From positions 1-13,230 of the forward strand of contig JBCBJQ010000136.1 in NCBI GenBank assembly GCA_038523235.1: a stretch of DNA of 13,230 nucleotides, given 5' to 3'. The notes under the pieces are model-generated. The model was given only the letters and a program-made list of their open reading frames with translations. It did not search any database and was not told where the DNA came from. Below are positions 1 to 7,338 of this stretch, in pieces. A program made the translations under genes and the position numbers. Each line of letters starts with the position of its first letter. Within the stretch, counting starts at the first letter, position 1. Origin of the DNA: Cyanobacteria bacterium J06626_4 (GTDB lineage Bacteria; Cyanobacteriota; Cyanobacteriia; Phormidesmidales; Phormidesmidaceae).

Positions 1-626
1 TATTTGCCTATTTCTCTACGATTGAAGCCATTTTCCCCGGCGTAATGGAGAAGGACTAATATTTCCTCTTCCGCCGTTAAATCTGTGCGTTGCACGAGCA
101 ACACATCTTCGTATTCACCTATACAGGGAACATCAAACCGAAGTAACTCCCGAATTGATTTTGCAATGTCTTCTCGATTTCCTTGCCCAAAGATCCTTAA
201 GGTTTCATTGATGCACCAACGCACAGCTTCAATTAAAAACTTTGAATCCATATGACTTGGCTTATAGTGCGGGCTGATATGGACAGCACCCCGCTGGCTC
301 CTGAACTTATATATTGTTTTCAGGACTTGTACCAAATGGATCGCGTCATGCCTAGGCATGATTACGTGCGGCACATTTTCGTTATTGAGATAGTTACAAC
401 AGTCGCCAAAAGATTTCGAAGGATTTAGATTTCCAGAGTCAATGGAGTACAAAACTCTGGAAAGAACTTCACAAAATTGTCCTCCATCTAACTCTGCAGG
501 TTCCCAATCACCCTGAATATAACGACGCTCCATCGAAATGAATTCGTCTATAAGTTGACCGGCGAGCAAGCTGTCAACTGGTGGGGAAATAATGCAGATC
601 AAATTGTCTTTTTGGACTAAAGGCAT
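1..626 (-). CDS. Putative HEPN/Abi-like nuclease with probable C-terminal winged helix (partial, runs off left edge; not in the supplied ORF track)
   Basis: Manual translation from ATG at 626 gives 208 open codons to the edge: MPLVQKDNLICIISPPVDSLLAGQLIDEFISMERRYIQGDWEPAELDGGQFCEVLSRVLY...LVQVLKTIYKFRSQRGAVHISPHYKPSHMDSKFLIEAVRWCINETLRIF...TAEEEILVLLHYAGENGFNRREIGK. R109-x6-H116 follows a predicted helix. It starts 19 nt after the upstream stop, with GGGA before the ATG. The ORF is well supported; the function is inferred. Confidence 0.75.
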   Translation of the reverse strand, partial: MPLVQKDNLICIISPPVDSLLAGQLIDEFISMERRYIQGDWEPAELDGGQFCEVLSRVLYSIDSGNLNPSKSFGDCCNYLNNENVPHVIMPRHDAIHLVQVLKTIYKFRSQRGAVHISPHYKPSHMDSKFLIEAVRWCINETLRIFGQGNREDIAKSIRELLRFDVPCIGEYEDVLLVQRTDLTAEEEILVLLHYAGENGFNRREIGK

Positions 627-645
627 GATTTCCCAAAAAATAGAT

Positions 646-1269
646 CTATTGGTTTGAGCCTTTTGCTTCGCTTACTAAGCTTTGTGCATAAGCCTCTCCG
701 TACTCCGTCAGTCGCCATGTTGATGGTTCTGCTGTCGTATTTTGAGAAACCAAAGCTGATTTTCCGTTTGAGCCCTTCGCTCTTTTCAAATCTCGGTTTA
801 CATTACCTGTTACAATTTCTTTTGCCTCAGGAAAGTGCTTGTTAAAGGTAGCTGAAATTTGATTTCCTGTCATTTCAGAAATTTCCAGCACGTTCTTTAC
901 GACATACAAAGTCCAAATAGCCTTGTCTGCTGTTTTCCAATCTTTCTGAGGATTGCCCCACTGAATTGGGTCGTGCTGCCAGTCAATGGGTTCGGCTTTT
1001 TTGTTGCTGTCACTTTTGGAGTTTCCAGACTTCTTCCGAGAGTTACGCTTTCTGGACGGCTTTGAAGTCGTTAAAGGCCCAGTGTGGTTAGAGTGATTAG
1101 ACGCATTCGAGTCAATGATTTCACCTTCCACAATGCCAGCAGCCGGGCTTAGCATTCCAGAAAGCTGTTGTCCTACCGCTTGCGTCATTAAAGGTACGTC
1201 ATCTCGACTACCCTCTACTTTTAGTTTGAGTCCGGTTAGCTCCAATTCAATCTTAAACTTGTTAGACAT
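646..1269 (-). CDS. Hypothetical protein: short N-terminal domain, basic Ser/Lys/Arg-rich linker, C-terminal winged-helix-like domain
   Basis: ORF 646..1302 in the track. The ATG at 1269 (MSNKFKIELE, 207 aa) is preferred because AAGGAGG lies at 1280-1274. C-terminal pattern TADKAIWTLY..MTGNQISATFNKHF..GNVNRDLKRAK..WRLTEYGEAYAQSL resembles a wHTH with an aromatic-x-LT-x-x-G wing. Confidence 0.75.
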   Translation of the reverse strand: MSNKFKIELELTGLKLKVEGSRDDVPLMTQAVGQQLSGMLSPAAGIVEGEIIDSNASNHSNHTGPLTTSKPSRKRNSRKKSGNSKSDSNKKAEPIDWQHDPIQWGNPQKDWKTADKAIWTLYVVKNVLEISEMTGNQISATFNKHFPEAKEIVTGNVNRDLKRAKGSNGKSALVSQNTTAEPSTWRLTEYGEAYAQSLVSEAKGSNQ

Positions 1270-1514
1270 TTTTCCTCCTTTATCAGATATCTGTGCAATC
1301 AATTTTGAACTGAATCCTTACTCTAAAAAGAGAAGAAACCAAAATTTATTCAGCACAAAAGCTGTTAAGCAGATCCTATCAAATCAAGATTTTAGCGTTG
1401 AGACTAATTCAAATGTTTTGGGTGTGGATAACCGTACTTTTGAATATTTTTATAATTTAATTTACCGGAATTTAGGATTAGGCAAAAGCCCACTCAAGGC
1501 GGTTTTTGATATGC

Positions 1515-1549
1515 AAAAACCGCCTTGCTTTCAAACCTTAAGCAAGGCG
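1515..1549 (-). terminator. Intrinsic terminator of nrdJ
   Basis: Minus strand reads CGCCTTGCTT, 9 nt loop, AAGCAAGGCG, then GTTTTT; 34 nt after the nrdJ stop. Confidence 0.75.
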
Positions 1550-1583
1550 ATTGATTGTTTTTTGACGCCTGATGTAAGAACAA

Positions 1584-3767
1584 TTAATCAGGCTTTTTCT
1601 CGGGGAGGAGGCACTTGTCGGAGTCGCAACCGGCGGGGCCTGCTTCTACCAAATCGCCTCGGTCGTAGCGCGACAGCGCGGTATGAAACTCCTCGGTGCC
1701 GCGACGGGCTTTCACCTGTTTCACCATGTCGTCGTAGGTTGCCTTGTCGATGGGCTCGAACGGTAACCGGGGGAAGGTTTGCAGATTGTCGAAGCGAGCG
1801 AGGAGGGCGGCGGAGATGTAGCCTTCATCATTTTGGATAGCATCAGAGATGCGTTGGGCGAGGGCGTCGATCTCGTTTTCCCGCAGTTCGATGGTGGCAG
1901 AGGTGTTGTGGGCGGTGTAGTGCTTTTGCACCTGCATGTAGAAGTCAAACTGTGCCAGCGCCGTAAACTTCTCAATGGCAATTTCATCCGCACCCGGAAT
2001 GTTGGCCCAGGAAACCTCTACTGGCATTTCCACCAGCCACTCCGTACAGCGTGGATCAAACGGATCGTCGAGCAGGTTGCCGTGCTCATCCTTATCCGAC
2101 TGAGAGGGAATGACCGAATAGCCATAGTCGATGCAGGCCATCGCCACCGGATCATTTTTGCGGAAGGTGATGCGGCGGATGTAGCGCTGGGACTTGGGCG
2201 GATGCCAGCCGGGGCTCGCACCCGTGAGCAGTGACTTGGTGCCAGCGGGTTGCACAGTGGTGCAGCGGTTAGGCCGTTTGATGCCGTGGCGATCGCAATA
2301 GTCCCCCACCGTTTCATGAACGATCGCTTTCCAGCGGCTGAGGTATTCCTGCTCTTTGGCTTTGAACTCGACGCCTTGCATGGTGTCAGGGCGTCCGGCT
2401 TCCCACCAGTGCAGCCACTCGACGCCAAACGCTTTGACAAAGAAGTCAAACAGTCCGGTGAAAGAGACACCGACGATGGGGTCCTCTTCGCGAGAGTGAC
2501 GATAGCGGGCTTCCACAAACTTGTGGTTGAGCAAGCTCGCCACAGCCAAAGCGCCCGCCTTAAAGGCATCTTCCTGTTCTTGCGCGTTGGCCGGATCAAT
2601 CTGATTGAGATGAATCTCCGCCAGGTTGCAGTGGAAGTCTTGCCCCAGGATTTCACCACACGGGTTCAACCCATAACGGCCCTCACCGCCAGCGCGACGC
2701 TCGGCTTCACCCGCCCACTGAATCGCCCCTTCACCGGAATAAAACTGCTTGCGTACTGCTTCCTTGGTCTCTTCTAAATTCGGCTTGTGGTGAAAGACCC
2801 GCGTGTGATTGGCCATGCGCAGGGCATCGCGCTCCGGGTCAATGCGCCAGTTACCCTCATCGTCCTGTTGCCAGAGATTATTTTTCGCATTGGCCGCCAG
2901 GTCATCAGCGCTATCGAACTGGCGCATCCCCGCACTGCGGCGAATATTGCCCGCCACGACACAAGCGGCGGCTTCGTCGATCAGCAAACAGCATTCCACT
3001 GAGTTGAGCTGCCGCCCGATCGCCTTATTCAAAATGTGGGCGCAGCGCTCATACAGTGTCGGCAACTTCACCGGGTTTGCCACCCCGCCAAAGCCTTTGA
3101 GCTTCTCACCAGCAGGCCGCACGTCACTGAGATCGACCACGATGTCAATTTCATCGGTAAAGCGCTCGTCTGAAGACAGCTCCAAAATCGTTTGATAAGA
3201 TTTGACCCAGCCCTGGCGGCTGTCGCCCACCAACACTCGCACCTGGTTGCCGGTAACGACCACATCAGTTGTTTCGCGCCGCTGGCCCACAGGCGTCGTG
3301 CCGATCGCCCCCTCTTGCCGCACCTTGAGTTGATTGCGCACGACGGGGAGTTGGTGGATATACTTGGGCTCCAGCACCGCACCCGTGCCGCAGCCCATCA
3401 TGGCGAGATCCATCATGAGGCCAAAGGCCTGCCAGTCCACCACGTTGGTGCTGGTGCAGTTGTACGCGCCAGAAAAGTTTTCGGGCTTTTTGCTCCAGGC
3501 GGTGCCGCCAACCCAGAGCCAACGCCCCGAGGGCAGTGCCTTCACCGATCGCTGCATGCGCGAAATCAGCTGCCGTTCGTCATCGGTGAGCTGGCCCAAT
3601 TCCGTCAAGCCTGCCAGACTGCGATCGCATACCTGCTGCCAAGTCTCCCGTTCCCCATCGACGGTCTCATCCTTGCGGCTGTAGGTGCGATAAAACACTG
3701 GATATGCCGTAGCGGCGGTCTCGGGAAACGCGCCTTGAAAGCGAATGCGGGGGAGTTCTTGAACCAT
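1584..3767 (-). CDS. nrdJ: Adenosylcobalamin-dependent ribonucleoside-triphosphate reductase (class II, monomeric RTPR type)
   Basis: 727 aa. Motifs VFYRTYSR, LPSGRWLWVGG, YNC(104)T, VVAGNIRRSA, NPC(370)GE, HC(380)NLAE, TTVQPAGTKS and the C-terminal cysteine pair GCDSDKC. No intein and no ATP cone. Confidence 0.97.
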   Translation of the reverse strand: MVQELPRIRFQGAFPETAATAYPVFYRTYSRKDETVDGERETWQQVCDRSLAGLTELGQLTDDERQLISRMQRSVKALPSGRWLWVGGTAWSKKPENFSGAYNCTSTNVVDWQAFGLMMDLAMMGCGTGAVLEPKYIHQLPVVRNQLKVRQEGAIGTTPVGQRRETTDVVVTGNQVRVLVGDSRQGWVKSYQTILELSSDERFTDEIDIVVDLSDVRPAGEKLKGFGGVANPVKLPTLYERCAHILNKAIGRQLNSVECCLLIDEAAACVVAGNIRRSAGMRQFDSADDLAANAKNNLWQQDDEGNWRIDPERDALRMANHTRVFHHKPNLEETKEAVRKQFYSGEGAIQWAGEAERRAGGEGRYGLNPCGEILGQDFHCNLAEIHLNQIDPANAQEQEDAFKAGALAVASLLNHKFVEARYRHSREEDPIVGVSFTGLFDFFVKAFGVEWLHWWEAGRPDTMQGVEFKAKEQEYLSRWKAIVHETVGDYCDRHGIKRPNRCTTVQPAGTKSLLTGASPGWHPPKSQRYIRRITFRKNDPVAMACIDYGYSVIPSQSDKDEHGNLLDDPFDPRCTEWLVEMPVEVSWANIPGADEIAIEKFTALAQFDFYMQVQKHYTAHNTSATIELRENEIDALAQRISDAIQNDEGYISAALLARFDNLQTFPRLPFEPIDKATYDDMVKQVKARRGTEEFHTALSRYDRGDLVEAGPAGCDSDKCLLPEKKPD

Positions 3768-3854
3768 GAATCACAACCTGGTAACGGTGAAAGCAAGTTA
3801 ACGATGCAGACGATTGAGGTAGGCAAACTTACACGCCTAATGAGCCCACATCAT

Positions 3855-3870
3855 AGGGTACATCTAGGGG
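3855..3870. promoter_or_regulatory. Candidate NrdR box 1
   Basis: aggGtAcATcTaGggg against consensus acaCwAtATaTwGtgt: 5 of 6 core positions match; 88 nt upstream of the nrdJ ATG. Confidence 0.5.
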
Positions 3871-3895
3871 TTTTTGATGAAGCAAAAGAAATTTT

Positions 3896-3911
3896 ACGCT
3901 ATTCGTAGTGG
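3896..3911. promoter_or_regulatory. Candidate NrdR box 2
   Basis: acgCtAttcgTaGtgg: outer core and flanks match, centre is degenerate. It lies 41 bp from box 1, about four helical turns, as expected for paired NrdR boxes. Confidence 0.45.
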
Positions 3912-4086
3912 GTGTAAATAAAGCGCATTTCAAAAAATGCCTATAAGATAGCACAACGTTTATAGAAGTAAACGTGCGCTAAGCTAGAAGTCTCAGGCGC
4001 ATCAAGTAAGCTCGATGGTGGCGTACCCGAGCGATCGCGCGCAGTCTCTAGCCTTGAGCCATTAACTCCACCCCTAGCGTTTAGTC

Positions 4087-4581
4087 ATGGAAGGCTTTAC
4101 CCGTCAAGAAACCCTGGCATTAACCCAAACCACCTCTAGTCGGTTGGCCTATCTCGACCGCACCGGCATCATCGTGCCGCAAAAATATGGCAACTCAAAA
4201 AAGCCCACCGTTATTTACAGTTGGGAACAAGTGCTCGAAGTGCGCACCATTGCCAATCTGCGTAAGCAAATCTCGCTGCAAATGGTGCGTCAGCTCGTGG
4301 CCTATTTAGATCAGCATGGTCTCGATTCCACGCTGCACGACAAACATCTGGTCACCACCGCGAACGAAGTCTTTTGGGTGTCGCCTGACTGGTCAGACAT
4401 GCCCCAGATCATGAAAGTGGCAGATCGCGATGGGGAAGGGCTGGGCCAGCTCGTGCTGCTCGTACTGCCCCCGTTGAATACGGTCATTCAGGAAATCTGG
4501 CAGGCCGCGGAAACATCGACCGTGGTGGATTTCGCCAGTTTCAAACAACGAGCGAAGACGCTGCCGGCTCAGGCTGGATAA
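4087..4581 (+). CDS. MerR-family HTH transcriptional regulator
   Basis: N-terminal GFTRQETLALTQTTSSRLAYLDRTGIIVP..YSWEQVLEVRTIANLRKQISLQMVR fits a MerR-type HTH; 164 aa; divergent from nrdJ. Confidence 0.8.
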   Translation: MEGFTRQETLALTQTTSSRLAYLDRTGIIVPQKYGNSKKPTVIYSWEQVLEVRTIANLRKQISLQMVRQLVAYLDQHGLDSTLHDKHLVTTANEVFWVSPDWSDMPQIMKVADRDGEGLGQLVLLVLPPLNTVIQEIWQAAETSTVVDFASFKQRAKTLPAQAG

Positions 4582-4666
4582 AAGTAATTTCGGGCTTGAG
4601 CTGCAGCTCTCTAACGACTGGCACAAAAGCAGGTGTCAACAATGGCGTCCCTAGCCTCTCCCCAGA

Positions 4667-4948
4667 CTATCGTCGGGCCTGCCGCTGGGGCACCACTTCA
4701 TAACTAATTTTCATCGCCAAAATGGCGGCAGCAAATAACAGAGTAAAGAGGTTCGCCAAAATGACTGGCGTGTCATGCACAGAGAGGCCGTAAACCAGCC
4801 ACAGCGTAATGCCCACGCAGAGAATGATGAGCATACTCCATGACATGCCTTCAGCAGAGCGCGATCGCCAAGTCTTGAGCACCTGAGGGAAGTACGCCAT
4901 GGTCGTCAATAAACCCGCTGCCAAGCCCAATTCTGTGATGATATCCAT
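4667..4948 (-). CDS. SemiSWEET / PQ-loop small transporter
   Basis: 93 aa, three hydrophobic helices; LGLAAGLLTTMAYFPQVLKTWRSRSAEGMS, LWLVYG and PVILAN motifs. Confidence 0.92.
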   Translation of the reverse strand: MDIITELGLAAGLLTTMAYFPQVLKTWRSRSAEGMSWSMLIILCVGITLWLVYGLSVHDTPVILANLFTLLFAAAILAMKISYEVVPQRQARR

Positions 4949-5172
4949 CGTCGGGCAAACCCCAATGAGTAATGTACCGAAACTCGCCCGGAATCAATCG
5001 TGTTTCGACGCCTTAGCTTAGCAACCTAGCACAACAAAACAGCACATATCGCAATCTTTAAGACGAAGTGTTACTGACTTTTGTATGGAAACAGGTTGGT
5101 TTTTGCCACAATGCCGCAGTTGCCGGGCTTGGAGGCAACCGCTGACAAGATTGAAAATTCGGGTCTGTATCA

Positions 5173-5259
5173 TTCAACTAACTCTATGGAGCGCCAGTTC
5201 GGGTTAAGCCCTCTCCCGTTTCTTTCGCCTCGGGAGAGGGGCGAATGGGGTGAGTTGAA
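5173..5259. repeat. Nested inverted repeat resembling cyanobacterial REP/MITE-like CCCTCTCCC..GGGAGAGGG elements
   Basis: Inner stem CCCTCTCCCG/CGGGAGAGGG (~5209-5240); outer imperfect stem TTCAACTaACTCTAT/ATGGGGTgAGTTGAA. Confidence 0.5.
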
Positions 5260-6181
5260 CCACTCTCAGCGGCGTGATCAGCACCTACTCCGCCTTTGAC
5301 AAGGGGATTGTCACCTCAACCGGCGGCTAAGCCTGCCTCATGCCCTGATCCCGAGAGCGCCAATTTTGTCGCTAGCCTGACCGCACGACGAGGTGCGAAA
5401 CCGATTTGTCCGCCACGAGTGCATCCGGGCTACTCAACCGCAAACCGTAGAGGATGTTTTCGCCCTCAACGAAAACGCATCGCGTTGCATGACGCTGCAG
5501 AAATGATTCCGTCAATCAGCTAGATAACTGGTCAGGTCAGCGGTTGAGGCCTGGACAGAGTCGTCGGTCGTCACCCGCTCATTGCGGCAGTCTACGCAAA
5601 TCAACTCAATTGTCTAATTGCTGGCAAAGCACTCGCGATGCCAGTTTCCTCCGCTGTTTAGCTCCCCTGAAGAGAAACGCGACTCTGCGAGCACCTATCG
5701 AAGCGTGGCATCCGATGTTGAGGGCGATCGCCAATTGCTCGCCGATGCCAACTTTGAGCCCGATCTGGAGGGTTGATCTTGGCGACCTGAGACCAGTCTG
5801 AGGAATCTCATAAGTTGTCTGAGAGTAGCTATAATGACCAGATGTATGATTACTTTTGTGTTTGATTTGCTATATCAACTATTTATCTGAACTATCGGTA
5901 TGACAATGACTGAATTGGCAGACTTTTATTTAGAGTAAGCGTCTCTGCCAGAAAATCTTGAATTTTCAGACTCATCATTGGTGAAGGGCTACCGTCTTCA
6001 CTTTGGATAGATCGTTGGTAGCAATCCTGACAAAAGAGTTCCCCATAGCACTAAGCCTCTACTGAGTGTTAAAAGTGTCCTTTTCTTGCTTTTAGAACAG
6101 CTGCATAGATGCCATATGTGGTTCCTTCAATTTCGAAAAGCAGTATATGAAATTCCCTGTTAATCTGACTCCTGAACCTTT

Positions 6182-6718
6182 ATGCCTTTTTCTGTCGCAA
6201 CGCAACGCCTGTCTGTTTTTGTTGATGGCAACAACATGTTTTATGCCCAACAAAAAAACGGTTGGTTTTTTGATCCCCGGCGAGTTCTACAACATTTCAC
6301 CTCAGAAGACGGCGGCTTAAGTTTAGTCAACGCATTTTGGTACACCGGTCTTAAAGATCCGCAAGATCAGCGAGGCTTTCGCGATGCTCTGATTAGCTTG
6401 GGCTATACCGTTCGCACCAAAATTCTCAAAGAATACTACGACGACAATTCAGGTCGCTATTCTCAAAAAGCGAATTTGGATATCGAGATCGTGGTGGATA
6501 TGTTCAACACGGTTGAGCAATACGATCGCGTGGTCTTATTTAGTGGCGATGGTGACTTTGAGCGGGCGATCGAACTGCTGCGCTCAAAAAGTACCCACAT
6601 CACTGTGGTCTCGACGGACGGCATGATCGCCCGCGAATTGAGAAACGCCACCGATCGCTACATCGACCTCAACAGCATTCGCAAAGAAATTGAAAAGCGC
6701 GATCATCATCATCATTGA
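6182..6718 (+). CDS. labA: LabA/DUF88 NYN-domain (PIN-like) protein
   Basis: VFVDGNNMFYAQQKNGWFFDPRRVL, QKANLDIEIVVDM, LFSGDGDFERAIELL and ELRNATDRYIDL. Family call is firm; labA rather than the paralogue lalA is from recall. Confidence 0.88.
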   Translation: MPFSVATQRLSVFVDGNNMFYAQQKNGWFFDPRRVLQHFTSEDGGLSLVNAFWYTGLKDPQDQRGFRDALISLGYTVRTKILKEYYDDNSGRYSQKANLDIEIVVDMFNTVEQYDRVVLFSGDGDFERAIELLRSKSTHITVVSTDGMIARELRNATDRYIDLNSIRKEIEKRDHHHH

Positions 6719-6905
6719 CCATGGTGAGAACCCCTGATTTCTCGATTGATATCCCGGCTCTAGTGTCTTTGGCACAAGGCTGATGCTTGGTTTGCGCGAT
6801 CACCGACCCCCCAAACGGCAGAGCGATTCAGCCGTTTGCAAGAATTCCTGAGATTTCCCTCTAGGCAGTGGCGTCTCTGTGTTAGGATTAACAACCGTGG
6901 ATGGC

Positions 6906-6987
6906 GGGTCGGTGCCCGAGTGGTTAATGGGGGCGGACTGTAAATCCGCTGGCTATGCCTACGCTGGTTCGAATCCAGCTCGGCCCA
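6906..6987 (+). tRNA. trnY: tRNA-Tyr(GTA)
   Basis: Acceptor GGGTCGG/TCGGCCC plus A; anticodon arm GCGGA-CTGTAAA-TCCGC; long variable arm; GGTTCGAATCC; 82 nt; CCA not encoded in register. Confidence 0.97.
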
Positions 6988-6996
6988 TCCACGCCA

Positions 6997-7068
6997 GCCC
7001 ATGTAGCTCAGCGGTAGAGCACACCCTTGGTAAGGGTGAGGTCATGAGTTCAATTCTCATCATGGGCT
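6997..7068 (+). tRNA. trnT: tRNA-Thr(GGT)
   Basis: Acceptor GCCCATG/CATGGGC plus T; anticodon arm CACCC-TTGGTAA-GGGTG; AGTTCAATTCT T arm; 72 nt; 9 nt after tRNA-Tyr. Confidence 0.97.
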
Positions 7069-7338
7069 TTTTGACTAACCGCCCATATGGCTGAACTTCG
7101 TTTTTTGCACCTGAGCTGTTTCCAAACGCTCACAGATAGAAAAACCGACTGATCGATTGATCGGCTCAGCTACTGGGCTAGGTTTTAAATATCACTCCCA
7201 CAATTCAATTTCTCAGGCAGCGCTCAGACGGCGTTATTGCCATAGTTTGGCTGGCTGTTTTGTCTAAATATATGCATTTTGCAAAGATCTGCGGCTTACT
7301 CGAAAGCCGTTGACTGAGCGTCGTTGACTGCCAGCCAA

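Larger units (their letters stand above)
1..1510. other. AT-rich, probably horizontally acquired segment (right boundary approximate; left end outside the window)
   Basis: Visibly more AT-rich than nrdJ and the rest of the window; no GCGATCGC; non-core genes. No integrase or transposase is visible in the window. Confidence 0.65.

Noticed and set aside
1115..3908. Long alternative-frame and antisense ORFs over nrdJ (e.g. 1115..1840, 2018..2659, 2250..2777, 3192..3908)
   Set aside because: Shadow ORFs of a GC-rich conserved gene, with no recognisable motifs.
3768..4086. Cobalamin riboswitch upstream of B12-dependent nrdJ
   Set aside because: No B12-box or GGGAA/CCCGCAACTGT-type core found on either strand.
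5081..5801. Three consecutive short + strand ORFs (72, 75, 85 aa)
   Set aside because: All begin with TTG, are Pro/Arg/Ser-rich, and show no domain features; likely spurious.
5825..6031. NtcA-like sites GTA-N8-GAC at 5825-5838 and 6018-6031
   Set aside because: Both miss the TAC half-site and I could not place a convincing -10 at the canonical distance.
6704..6715. C-terminal His4 of LabA from (CAT)4
   Set aside because: A short trinucleotide run in a variable tail; no evidence of function or of an engineered tag.
6760..7094. ORFs 6760..7002 and 6879..7094
   Set aside because: They overlap the two tRNA genes.
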